Below, in pieces: positions 9,768 through 18,053 of a stretch of 18,053 bases of DNA; within the stretch, counting starts at the first letter, position 1; every line of letters starts with the position of its first letter. Made by a program: the position numbers and the translations under genes. The stretch comes from Chthonomonas calidirosea (GTDB taxonomy: Bacteria > Armatimonadota > Fimbriimonadia > Fimbriimonadales > Fimbriimonadaceae), in the NCBI GenBank assembly GCA_945859975.1, contig CAMAPH010000050.1:1-18053 (forward strand), in the 5' to 3' direction. The notes beneath the pieces are model-generated. The model was not told where the DNA came from and made no database searches. It saw only the letters and a list, made by a program, of their open reading frames with translations.

Positions 9768-9795
9768 GGGCAAGGCACTGACCGATCCATAACAA
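9768..9795 (-). promoter_or_regulatory. Candidate ECF-sigma promoter copy 1 (TTGTTATG-N15-TGCCC)
   Basis: Matches the motif at 12863-12890 at 12 of 13 positions with identical spacing; oriented toward the 8816-9727 gene. Confidence 0.6.
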
Positions 9796-9827
9796 TAATT
9801 CTTCGCGGCAAGACGTATCATTCAGCT

Positions 9828-10400
9828 ATGTCGGAGTCTCCGTTGCGTGCCCCACGCGGAAATGATGCCGACTTCATTAAACTTGCGCAAGCCGGAAGCG
9901 CCGAAGCTTGGGGGGCGATTGTTGATCGGTACTCAGGCTACGTTTACAGCCTGCTTAAAACGTTTCGCGTTCCAGAATCAGATCAATCGGACGCATTTCA
10001 GCACGTTTTCATCGAGCTCTTCAAAGCGCTCCCGCAACTTAAAAAAGTGGATTTGCTGACCCCCTGGCTCCGCCAAACCACCCTGCGCCACGCCGTTCGC
10101 GTGCGGAAAAAATTAGCCTCCGGCGAAGTCTCGCTCGAGGACGTTGAGTACTTTGTTTCGGATCAGAACCTGGCCACCGAACTAGAGCAAACGGAAACCG
10201 CACAGATCATCCGCGACGCGGTCCAAACGCAATCTCCAAAATGCCAAGAGCTCATCATGCGGCTCTTTTTTGACGAATCGCCGCAAAGATACGCCGATGT
10301 CGCGCAGGCGATGGGCCTCAAACCTGCGTCCATCGTGATGACCCGTCAGCGCTGCTTGGAGGCGCTAGAGAAGTCGCTGCGCGCCCGGGGTATCGGTTGA
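9828..10400 (+). CDS. ECF (sigma-70 family group 4) RNA polymerase sigma factor
   Basis: Region 2: AWGAIVDRYSGYVY, DAFQHVFIELF, PWLRQTT. Region 4: QSPKCQELIMRLFF, YADVAQAMG, TRQRCLEALEK. ATG9828 is the likely start. Confidence 0.92.
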   Translation: MSESPLRAPRGNDADFIKLAQAGSAEAWGAIVDRYSGYVYSLLKTFRVPESDQSDAFQHVFIELFKALPQLKKVDLLTPWLRQTTLRHAVRVRKKLASGEVSLEDVEYFVSDQNLATELEQTETAQIIRDAVQTQSPKCQELIMRLFFDESPQRYADVAQAMGLKPASIVMTRQRCLEALEKSLRARGIG

Positions 10401-12868
10401 CCTTAGCGGAATACACCGTTGCGGCCAAATCGGCCCGCGCATCCGCCCCACGCCACCTGGTGACGACCGACACGGTCACTGCCCTGACCACCGAGGGCCT
10501 CGCGGTGATCCGACAAGATCTCAACGCCGCGCGCCAGCTTGCGGCTAATGCGTCCCGACTAGCAAAGCGCCTCAAAAACCCCGTTTCCGTTGGCCAGGCA
10601 GCGCGGTTGGAAGGGCACGTGCACCTCCTGGCTGGCCGCGCGAAACGCGCCGTGCCCTGCTACCTACGCGCACGAGAAGCGTTTGTCGATTCGCCGGAGG
10701 AGCGTGCAGCCACCGCTGTCGCCATGCTCCAGGCGCTGGCCTACACGGGAGAATATGAGCAAGCCTTTCACATCGCCCAAGAGTCGCTCAGCTTCTTTCG
10801 AGAGGCAGGCGACACCTTCCGAGCCGCTCGGGTCGAGGCAAATCTGGCGAACGCGCTCCATCGCCTGGATCGTCTCCAAGAAGCCAGGACCCACTATGAA
10901 TCAGCTTGCGCCGTCTTGTCCGATGCCGGAGCGATTGCCGACCTCACGATCGTGACGCGAAACTTCGGCGTTTGCCTGATGGGGTTGCTCGATTTCGAAT
11001 CAGCGGAAAGGATGTATGCCGAAGCGCGCTTGGTCTTCGAAGCTGCCGAACAGCACTCCCTTGTCTTCGAGATCGACCTAAACCGGGCCTACCTCCTCGG
11101 CCGCCAAGGTCACCTTCAGGAAGCGCTAAAGCTATACAGAGACCTTCGACTAAATCTGCCCGCAGAAATGGGGTTCGAACTGGGGCACTGCTTCCTGGAT
11201 CAGGCTGACTTTATGCTCGAGTATGGGCTCTGGACCGACGCCCACCAAGCAGCATCGAAAGCCGCCGACGTCTTCCAAAAGCTCGGAGCCAGATTCGAAA
11301 CCGGAAAAGCTAAGCTATTCGAAAGTACGGCACTCATTCGCAAAAACGACTTGCCCGCTGGAGAAGCCGCGCTAAAGGAAGCGCGAAGGCTGTTGAAACG
11401 AGAGCCAAATGCAAACTGGCGATCGCTACTTCACTCTGGGTTCGCTGAACTATTGAGGGCCTATGGCCACGATCGACGGGCGTTTGCGGAGCTAACCTTA
11501 GCCGAATCTGCTGGACCCGCACCCGAACGCTTGCCCCACATTCAATCCGAACTTGCCGACCTCGCCCTCGACCTCGGCGAGCTTGCCACCTTCGAGCGCA
11601 TGCCGCCCGAACCCTTCCTGCTCACCAAATTCCATCGGCTGCGGCACAACCCGTCGGAAGCGCAAGCATTTGCTCGTCAGGGGCTAGAAGCATATGACCG
11701 CACCCGAACCAAGCTCGGCGCGTCCCGGCTGCGGCAAGCCACCGCGCAAGCGCAATCCCTTCGGCTACGAGAGGCATTCCGTGCATTTAGCGACCCAAGG
11801 GAGAGACTCCAGGTCGTAGTTCGCCTGAAGAACCACGCTTTGGCCGAACTGATTCAATCTCCCGAAGCCATCCCAACCATCACCTCGGAGCAGGAACTTC
11901 GTGAGGCCAGAAACCTTACGGAGGGTGCCGTGTCGAAAGTGCAGCTACCCATCCTTGAACCCGGCAATCGATTCGTCGAACTTTTTGCTGATGAAGGTGA
12001 ACTCATCGCTTTTGTCCTGGATGCAGAAAGGATAACGGAACACCGCCTCGGACCGGTTGCAAAGTTCGAGCGGCTCTCGCGGCTCCTTCGGTTTCATCTC
12101 GGGCGAGCGCGCACCGAGGGCGGAAAAGGTGCGACCGAAGTACTTTCGCAACTCCGAGATGCCCTCCTTCCGATATCCGCGAGCGAGACAAGACTCATCA
12201 TCGGTCGCGAGACCCCGCTACGATCCGTCCCGTTCCACGCCATTTTTCCGGACGCAAAAGTCACGTACGCCCCAAGCGCCTCCGTGTTTGCGGCACTTTC
12301 TGATCGCACCGGGAACGGTAGGGGCGCCCTCGTCTGCGGCAAAGGTGATGAAAACGCGCCCCTGATTGATGCCGAAGTCGCCAGCGTCGCGAAATCCCTC
12401 GGAACTGAGCCTGTGATGGCCGGAGCCTTTCTGGATCATGCTCCCAGTGCCCGCTGGATTCATCTCGCCGCGCATGGGGTAGCAAAGGAAGACCAGCCCC
12501 TTTTAAGCGCAATGAAGCTAGGCGACAAGGACCTCACGGTCTTAGACATTGCAACCGTACAACTGCAAGCCGAACTCGTGACCCTGAGTGGCTGCTCGAC
12601 CGGAGTCTCTAACCTCGGCGATCACCTAGATTCCGAAGGGTTCATCGAAGCATTTCTTGTATCCGGCGCAACCGCCGTGTTGGCAACCCTATGGGATGTT
12701 TCGGATGAAGCCACCAGCTTCTTCATGTCCGCGTTTTACGCGGCACTACCAAACGGCCCTTTCCCGGCATACGAACTGGCGATCGCGGCAACGAGAGATC
12801 GGTACCCGCATCCCGCAGACTGGGCGCCGTTTGCCCTATTCGGAAAACCACTTCAAAAAAACTTGTGA
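10397..12868 (+). CDS. TPR-CHAT domain protein (caspase-like clan CD cysteine protease)
   Basis: N-terminal TPR-like helical repeats; C-terminal CHAT with WIHLAAHG (His), LVTLSGCSTG (Cys), TLWDVSD and HPADWAPF. TTG start overlaps the sigma TGA. Confidence 0.92.
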   Translation: MTLAEYTVAAKSARASAPRHLVTTDTVTALTTEGLAVIRQDLNAARQLAANASRLAKRLKNPVSVGQAARLEGHVHLLAGRAKRAVPCYLRAREAFVDSPEERAATAVAMLQALAYTGEYEQAFHIAQESLSFFREAGDTFRAARVEANLANALHRLDRLQEARTHYESACAVLSDAGAIADLTIVTRNFGVCLMGLLDFESAERMYAEARLVFEAAEQHSLVFEIDLNRAYLLGRQGHLQEALKLYRDLRLNLPAEMGFELGHCFLDQADFMLEYGLWTDAHQAASKAADVFQKLGARFETGKAKLFESTALIRKNDLPAGEAALKEARRLLKREPNANWRSLLHSGFAELLRAYGHDRRAFAELTLAESAGPAPERLPHIQSELADLALDLGELATFERMPPEPFLLTKFHRLRHNPSEAQAFARQGLEAYDRTRTKLGASRLRQATAQAQSLRLREAFRAFSDPRERLQVVVRLKNHALAELIQSPEAIPTITSEQELREARNLTEGAVSKVQLPILEPGNRFVELFADEGELIAFVLDAERITEHRLGPVAKFERLSRLLRFHLGRARTEGGKGATEVLSQLRDALLPISASETRLIIGRETPLRSVPFHAIFPDAKVTYAPSASVFAALSDRTGNGRGALVCGKGDENAPLIDAEVASVAKSLGTEPVMAGAFLDHAPSARWIHLAAHGVAKEDQPLLSAMKLGDKDLTVLDIATVQLQAELVTLSGCSTGVSNLGDHLDSEGFIEAFLVSGATAVLATLWDVSDEATSFFMSAFYAALPNGPFPAYELAIAATRDRYPHPADWAPFALFGKPLQKNL

Positions 12869-12890
12869 TGCTTTCCACTGCCCGCTGCCC
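12863..12890 (+). promoter_or_regulatory. Candidate ECF-sigma promoter copy 2 (TTGTGATG-N15-TGCCC)
   Basis: Same bipartite motif as 9795-9768, preceded by an A-tract and followed by GGAGG (12900-12904) and ATG12909. Confidence 0.6.
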
Positions 12891-12908
12891 ATAGAATACG
12901 GAGGTCGA

Positions 12909-13427
12909 ATGAAAGTCAACTGGGAAGAGATCGTTAATTACGCTTTGGGTCTGGCGACTGAGCCAGAAGCCAGCCGCATCGAATCCGACCCCGTTGCGCT
13001 TGAGCAGGCGATGATGCTCCGCCGTGTTCGCGACGCGAAACCCACGGCCGTGCCGGAAGAGATGCTAAACCGAGCTAAGGCTCTGCAGCCTTCTCTCCCG
13101 CCGAAGAAAATATGGAAGGGCATTCTGACCTTCTCCAGCAGTGGGGTAGGAATGCGAAGTGCCGCCTCCACCGCACGCGACCTTCGTTTTGAATTTGGCA
13201 CTGCGCAAGTCGAACTCCGCTTGGAGCCGATTCCAAAGTCAAACTCCGTTGCGGTGGTTGGACTATTCCAAACCATAGAGCCTTCAAATGTTCAAGTTTC
13301 GGCCACCAAGTCAGGGCCCGTGTGGTGCGATGAAGGCGGCCAGTTCGAGTTGACCATTGAGTCGGAAGTAAAGAAACTGACGTTTGAGGACGTTCAGACC
13401 GGCGACATTTACGAGGTTGAGTTATGA
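12909..13427 (+). CDS. Hypothetical protein, putative soluble anti-sigma factor / CHAT substrate
   Basis: GGAGG SD. The helical N-terminus EEIVNYALGLATEPEASRIE resembles the anti-sigma (ZAS) first helices but lacks HxxxCxxC. A G/S-rich linker leads to a beta-rich C-terminal domain (CDEGGQFEL). No TM segment. Confidence 0.65.
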   Translation: MKVNWEEIVNYALGLATEPEASRIESDPVALEQAMMLRRVRDAKPTAVPEEMLNRAKALQPSLPPKKIWKGILTFSSSGVGMRSAASTARDLRFEFGTAQVELRLEPIPKSNSVAVVGLFQTIEPSNVQVSATKSGPVWCDEGGQFELTIESEVKKLTFEDVQTGDIYEVEL

Positions 13428-14743
13428 AAAGACAAGTTGCAACCCTGGGCATGGCTGCCCTTCTCTGCGTACTCTCAAGTGCGAATCAAAACTACATCCT
13501 CCGGTACACGGAAAGCGAACCGATCGGCACGTTTCTGGCCCGCTACAACCTGCGACTGCGCGCGACGGTGCCCGGCAAACCGATCTACTCCATCCAGGAT
13601 TCACTCAATCGCGATCCTCAAACGCTGATCCAACAGATTGATGGCGAAACGGATGGAGACGTCACGATCGAAAGAGACCAGGCCATTCGGCTACCCATTT
13701 TCTCTTTCAAGCGACCACAAACTTCGTCGCTGAATCTGCTGCAGCAAGCGCTTTTGCGCGCCACGAATGTTAACTTCTATGGGGCCTTGACTCCTCAAGG
13801 AGCCGTCACTCAATACACCGTAGCGCAGGCTCGAATCGGCTCTTCTTGGACGGCCCATAGCCTCGGAAATGGAACCGTCGCCGTCATCGACACCGGGGTT
13901 GATGCGACCCACCCGTTCTTTGCCGGACGCGTACTCCGCGGTTACGACTACATCACGCCCAATGGTCAAGGCTCCGAACTAACCGGCCTGACCCCAGAAG
14001 TTCTCGCGCAGGTGAACCCAACCACCACACCTCTTCTGCGCACCAAGCTCTCCTGGCTCTCAAACGGAACCGCCCCGATGTTCCCCGAAAGCACCATTAA
14101 CGACCCGGCTTATAGCGCGATTCCGAAAGGGCTTGGGCACGGAACGATGGTTGCCGGCGCGATTCGGCTCGTTGCCCCAAACGCAAAAATTCTTCCGATT
14201 CGCGCCTTCAGCCAAAACGGTTCCGGCCGACTCTTTGACGTGATCCGCGGCATGCACGCCGCCCAAGCTCGCGGCGCAAAAGTGATCAACATGAGCTTGA
14301 ACACTTACGTGTACTCGCCAGAGCTCGCTCGGTCTTCTGATGAACTTTCAGACCTCGGGGTCATCCTGGTTGCTTCGACTGGAAACGACGGACGGATCAA
14401 CACCCTGAGCTATCCCGCAGCCCTACCGAAGGTAACTGGCGTTGCTTCTCTGACTCCAAACTCCACGCGCAGTTTGTTTAGTAATGCTGGCACCGACCTC
14501 ACATGGGTCGCCGCACCCGGCGAAGGTCTCATGTTGCCCTTCCCCGGAAATCGCTGGGCCGGAGGCTGGGGCACATCTTTCAGCGCACCGTTGGTATCGG
14601 GCTTGGCCCTCAAGATCCTCCGCTACAAGCCAACGGCAACTTACAGCGACCTCCAGAGCGCTCTCTCCAGAAGCCAACCGCTGTCCGATCCAAACTTGGG
14701 TCAGGGCGGCCTAGACGTCTATGGCTCTCTAACCGGACTCTGA
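13424..14743 (+). CDS. Secreted S8 (subtilisin-family) serine peptidase
   Basis: Signal peptide and prodomain; catalytic triad VAVIDTGVD, GHGTMVAG, GTSFSAPLVSG; oxyanion Asn in STGNDG. ATGA overlap with the upstream gene. Confidence 0.95.
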   Translation: MKRQVATLGMAALLCVLSSANQNYILRYTESEPIGTFLARYNLRLRATVPGKPIYSIQDSLNRDPQTLIQQIDGETDGDVTIERDQAIRLPIFSFKRPQTSSLNLLQQALLRATNVNFYGALTPQGAVTQYTVAQARIGSSWTAHSLGNGTVAVIDTGVDATHPFFAGRVLRGYDYITPNGQGSELTGLTPEVLAQVNPTTTPLLRTKLSWLSNGTAPMFPESTINDPAYSAIPKGLGHGTMVAGAIRLVAPNAKILPIRAFSQNGSGRLFDVIRGMHAAQARGAKVINMSLNTYVYSPELARSSDELSDLGVILVASTGNDGRINTLSYPAALPKVTGVASLTPNSTRSLFSNAGTDLTWVAAPGEGLMLPFPGNRWAGGWGTSFSAPLVSGLALKILRYKPTATYSDLQSALSRSQPLSDPNLGQGGLDVYGSLTGL

Positions 14744-14771
14744 GACGTAAGTCGTGTGGCGATCCGGTGAG

Positions 14772-15710
14772 TTAACGATCGGCGGTGCTAGAGATAGGAT
14801 CCAGCCGAATGTTCTCGAAGATCACCTTTCGGCGCTGATACTGTCCAAACTGCAATTCGGCGATGGCCGAAGGATCGACGTTCGTGGAGAACCTGACTTC
14901 TGGCGCGGAGACAGTCGAGATTGAGAACTGCAATGGCATTCCTCCGGTCGTCATGACGCTCGCGCTCGCGGCTGGCTTGCCGTTCTCGCTGACCCACTGA
15001 ATCGCCTTACCCGTCTTATCCAGCGGAATCGGAGTCGTGAAACTTTGCTCCGCGCCTGCAAGCTCGGTGCGTTTAATGGAGACGAAGTACTTGAAAATTT
15101 CGGATCTGAACGTATTTCGCTCCGTTAGCTTTTGCTTCGCAGCGCGGCCAAAGTCTGCAACGGTGAGTTTCAAGCCACCAACATCTGCGCTGGCCCCTTT
15201 CTTCATCGCGAGTTTGACCGGCGAAAGCTCGCGATTAAAATTGATCGCCACTTGAGCTGTCGTGTCTTCCCTCAGCATGTCCAAGCGTGCCCACTCCAGC
15301 GTCATCTCAGACCGCCAACCGTTCACGTATCCGCCCGTGTTTCCAAACTCAAATCCTCCATAGCGATAGGTGGCATCCGGCGCCGGGTCAGTCCGCTCAA
15401 AGGCCACCCAGCGGTTTTTCACGCCCGGACGAATCGCCAAGCTAGCGAAATTTTGAGTCAGATAGTAAGCCGTGATCCGCTCGCCAAGTGACTTAAACGG
15501 CCGCCCCTGATTGTCCCAGCAAGTCGCACCGTCCGCCGTAATGTCGCAAACCCCGGCCACGTGAACCAGCGGAAACTCCGGCATATCAAGAACTTCTCGC
15601 ACCCGGATGGTCGTTCCTTCACCCGCCTGCGACAGATACACCGCCGCCAGTTGGGTCATCGCTACAACCATGATCGCCGTTAATCCCAAAACTTGCCGAG
15701 TCCCTCGCAT
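14772..15710 (-). CDS. Hypothetical exported protein, paralog of 6767-7708
   Basis: ATG15710 gives MRGTRQVLGLTAIMVVAMTQLAA; shares GVC...DGATCWD, GERITAYY, LAIRP.VKNRWV, TNVDPS and LDPIS with the other copy. Confidence 0.78.
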   Translation of the reverse strand: MRGTRQVLGLTAIMVVAMTQLAAVYLSQAGEGTTIRVREVLDMPEFPLVHVAGVCDITADGATCWDNQGRPFKSLGERITAYYLTQNFASLAIRPGVKNRWVAFERTDPAPDATYRYGGFEFGNTGGYVNGWRSEMTLEWARLDMLREDTTAQVAINFNRELSPVKLAMKKGASADVGGLKLTVADFGRAAKQKLTERNTFRSEIFKYFVSIKRTELAGAEQSFTTPIPLDKTGKAIQWVSENGKPAASASVMTTGGMPLQFSISTVSAPEVRFSTNVDPSAIAELQFGQYQRRKVIFENIRLDPISSTADR

Positions 15711-15779
15711 GCCAGAGGTTGGACGCACTCGCCGTGCTCGAGTAACGCCCGTCAACCGGTCCGTGCCAAACTGACCTCC

Positions 15780-17963
15780 GTGCGCGCGCTGTACACCATC
15801 ACCCTGTTCGTCAGCTCCTTTTTGCTGTTCCTGGTTCAGCCGCTCGCCGCAAAGCTCATCTTGCCGACCTTTGGCGGAGCCCCGGCCGTTTGGAATGCCT
15901 CGCTGGTCTTCTTCCAAACTGCCCTCCTCCTTGGTTACGGCTACGCGCACTTCAGCACGATCAAGCTCGGGCGCAAGCAGCCGTTTCTTCACCTGCCGCT
16001 CATGGCCCTTGCCGGGTTGGCGCTTCCTTTCACCCTAAACACTCCAATCTGGAAATGGGTCGAAAGCCAAGCCTCGGTCGGCTATGCCAATCCCAGCTTG
16101 CTCGTCATCGCAGCCCTAGCCGGATTGGTCGGAATTCCGTTCTTCATCGTCTCCGCCGGTGCCCCGCTCATTCAGAGGTGGTTCAGCGAGACCAACGACC
16201 CGAGCGCGAAGGACCCTTACTTCCTTTACGGGGCTAGCAACCTCGGCTCGATGCTCGGCTTGTTCGCTTATCCGTTCTTCTTTGAACCGCGATATCGCCT
16301 CATCGATCAAAGCCAAATCTGGGCCGCGGTATTTGGAGTAATGGTGCTAGGAATGCTCGGCTGCGCCGCTATGATGCTCCGCTCCCCGGCGGTAGTAACC
16401 GAAGCACAAGCCGTAACCGAAGAAACCGCTCTAACCTGGAAGCAGCGCGCGTTCTGGGTGCTCCTCGCCGCGATTCCGAGCAGCTTGCTTACCGGCGTCA
16501 GCCAGTTCGTCACCACCAACGTCGCCCCAATCCCGCTCCTCTGGGTCGTTCCCCTCGCGCTTTATCTCTTCACGTTTAACTTAGCCTTCACGAACAAGCG
16601 GTTCGTCACCACGCACGGCCTTTCCCGCGCCGCACCGCTGCTGATCTGCCCGCTATTCGTGATGCTCGTTCTCGAAGAGCACCAGCCGATCTCGGCCCTC
16701 GTCCACCTCGCGGCCTTCTTCGTCGCCGCTTGGATGTGCCATTCCCGCCTCTACGATGAGCGACCAGGCACCAAGCACCTCACCGAATTCTATGTCTGGG
16801 TCTCGGTCGGAGGTCTCGTCGGTGGTGCCTTCAACGGCCTTCTGGCCCCATCAATTTTCAACAACCTTTGGGAATATCCGCTTGCGCTTCTCGCCGTTGC
16901 CGCGGTCAAGGTTCCATACAAGGAAGGACCATACGCAGAGAAGTTCGACTACATCTGGATCGTCGGCGTCGGCGTGATCACACTGGTTGCGATCACTATC
17001 GCCCAACAGCTCCGGCTTCAATTTGGACCCACGCGAACCGTTCTCACGCTTGCGTTGCCGGTAGTTCTCTGCTTCGTCGCTAGCGACCGACCGTTCCGGC
17101 TGGCCGGTTCTCTCGGATTGTTCTTCGCTGTCTCCATCCTCGCCGGATCCGTTTCCAGCGGAAAGACCCTCGTCCAAGACCGCAGCTTCTTCGGCGTCCA
17201 CCGCGTTTCTCAGTCCTCGACGAGCCGCTACTATGTCCACGGAAACACCCTTCACGGAAAGCAAAACCTTGTCGGATCGAAGACGCCGCTGACCTACTAT
17301 CACCCCACCGGCCCGATTGGTCAGGTCTTCAAAAACTTCTCCGGTCCGACCCGAAAGGAGAATGTCGCTCTCGTAGGCCTCGGCGTCGGCTCCCTTGCCA
17401 GCTACGGCGAATCGGGCCAGAACATGACCTTCTTCGAAATCGACCCGAAGGTCGTCGAAATCGCAACGAATCCGAAGCTCTTCACCTACGTCTCAGAGAG
17501 CAAGGCGAAAATCGACTACGTCCTCGGCGACGCCCGCCTTACCCTCGCGCAACAACCAGACGGTAAGTACGGAATCATCGTCCTTGACGCCTTCAGCTCC
17601 GACGCCATCCCCGTTCACCTCCTCACCCGCGAGGCGTTCGCGATGTACTTCAAAAAGCTAACCCCTGATGGCGTTCTCGCCGTTCATATCTCCAACCGGT
17701 ACCTCGACCTTGAACCCGTAGTCGGCCAAAACGCAAAGGAGCTCGGCCTCCTCGCCTGGAGTCAGATCGACGGCATCACCAAGGACGAAGAGCTGGAAGG
17801 CAAAACGTCCTCCAACTGGATGCTGGTCGTTCGAAAGAAGGCGGATCTGGGCAAGATGTCCGGCAAACTGAGCTGGTGGTCCGAGGTAGACACCTTCGCC
17901 GGAACCAAAGCCTGGACCGACGACTACTCGAACGTCCTCAGCGTCTTCCGGTCGGATAACTGA
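15780..17963 (+). CDS. Fused multi-pass membrane / spermidine synthase-like SAM-dependent transferase
   Basis: FLLFLVQP...LPTFGGAPAVW N-terminus with many TM helices; C-terminal VGLGVGSLA, EIDP, GDAR, LDAFSSDAIPVHLLTRE and WTDDYSN motifs. GTG15780 is the likely start. Confidence 0.9.
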   Translation: MRALYTITLFVSSFLLFLVQPLAAKLILPTFGGAPAVWNASLVFFQTALLLGYGYAHFSTIKLGRKQPFLHLPLMALAGLALPFTLNTPIWKWVESQASVGYANPSLLVIAALAGLVGIPFFIVSAGAPLIQRWFSETNDPSAKDPYFLYGASNLGSMLGLFAYPFFFEPRYRLIDQSQIWAAVFGVMVLGMLGCAAMMLRSPAVVTEAQAVTEETALTWKQRAFWVLLAAIPSSLLTGVSQFVTTNVAPIPLLWVVPLALYLFTFNLAFTNKRFVTTHGLSRAAPLLICPLFVMLVLEEHQPISALVHLAAFFVAAWMCHSRLYDERPGTKHLTEFYVWVSVGGLVGGAFNGLLAPSIFNNLWEYPLALLAVAAVKVPYKEGPYAEKFDYIWIVGVGVITLVAITIAQQLRLQFGPTRTVLTLALPVVLCFVASDRPFRLAGSLGLFFAVSILAGSVSSGKTLVQDRSFFGVHRVSQSSTSRYYVHGNTLHGKQNLVGSKTPLTYYHPTGPIGQVFKNFSGPTRKENVALVGLGVGSLASYGESGQNMTFFEIDPKVVEIATNPKLFTYVSESKAKIDYVLGDARLTLAQQPDGKYGIIVLDAFSSDAIPVHLLTREAFAMYFKKLTPDGVLAVHISNRYLDLEPVVGQNAKELGLLAWSQIDGITKDEELEGKTSSNWMLVVRKKADLGKMSGKLSWWSEVDTFAGTKAWTDDYSNVLSVFRSDN

Positions 17964-18001
17964 GCACGGGTATCCTGAAATCTTCCGAGCCGGAAACGTA
18001 T

Positions 18002-18053
18002 CGGGGCGTAGCGCAGTTTGGTAGCGCGCATCCATGGGGTGGATGAGGTCGTG
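18002..18053 (+). tRNA. tRNA-Pro (anticodon GGG), truncated by the window end
   Basis: CGGGGCG-TA-GCGC-AGTTTGGTA-GCGC D-arm; anticodon arm CATCC-ATGGGGT-GGATG. TATCCT at 17971-17976 is a possible -10. Confidence 0.92.

Noticed and set aside
9633..9827. N-terminal extension of the sigma factor (likewise 12657-12908, 7801-7923 and 533-619 for their ORFs)
   Set aside because: The extensions overlap neighbouring genes or promoters, and the downstream starts have better signals.
12892..12897. TAGAAT as a housekeeping -10 for the 12909 gene
   Set aside because: It has no matching -35, and the implied start site would fall within or after the GGAGG SD. The shared ECF-like motif fits better, though this is not fully excluded.
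9828..13427. Type III-E CRISPR (Craspase) or gasdermin locus
   Set aside because: No cas genes, CRISPR array or recognisable gasdermin in the window; the resemblance is a mechanistic analogy only.
15693..15992. Apparent 300-bp overlap of the divergent ORFs 14772-15992 and 15693-17963
   Set aside because: It disappears with the better starts ATG15710 and GTG15780, supported by the paralog alignment and the family N-terminus.

Overview
Bacterial chromosomal window. The 16S signatures and gene content suggest Armatimonadota (Fimbriimonadia-like), which is an inference needing a 16S classifier. In order it contains: the 3' end of an esterase; tRNA-Gly(TCC); an orphan receiver-domain protein; a Fic/Doc-like protein with a degenerate motif; a secreted beta-helix protein; a stand-alone 16S rRNA gene on the minus strand with its own promoter, ~34-bp processing stem and terminator, and no ITS tRNA or 23S; a split DUF5671-like gene pair; and an HEXXH metallopeptidase. 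Next is a ~7 kb block bracketed by two paralogous hypothetical genes. The block holds a DUF1778/GNAT toxin-antitoxin pair, a secreted Gly/Asp-repeat protein and an ECF sigma / TPR-CHAT protease / anti-sigma-like / S8 protease cluster. A fused membrane/spermidine-synthase-like gene and a truncated tRNA-Pro(GGG) end the window. The best candidate for an undescribed system is the ECF-CHAT cluster. A bipartite motif TTGT(G/T)ATG-N15-TGCCC occurs upstream of both the divergent secreted-protein gene and the anti-sigma-like/S8 unit, suggesting a protease-gated sigma regulon. Several genes also appear to be leaderless.
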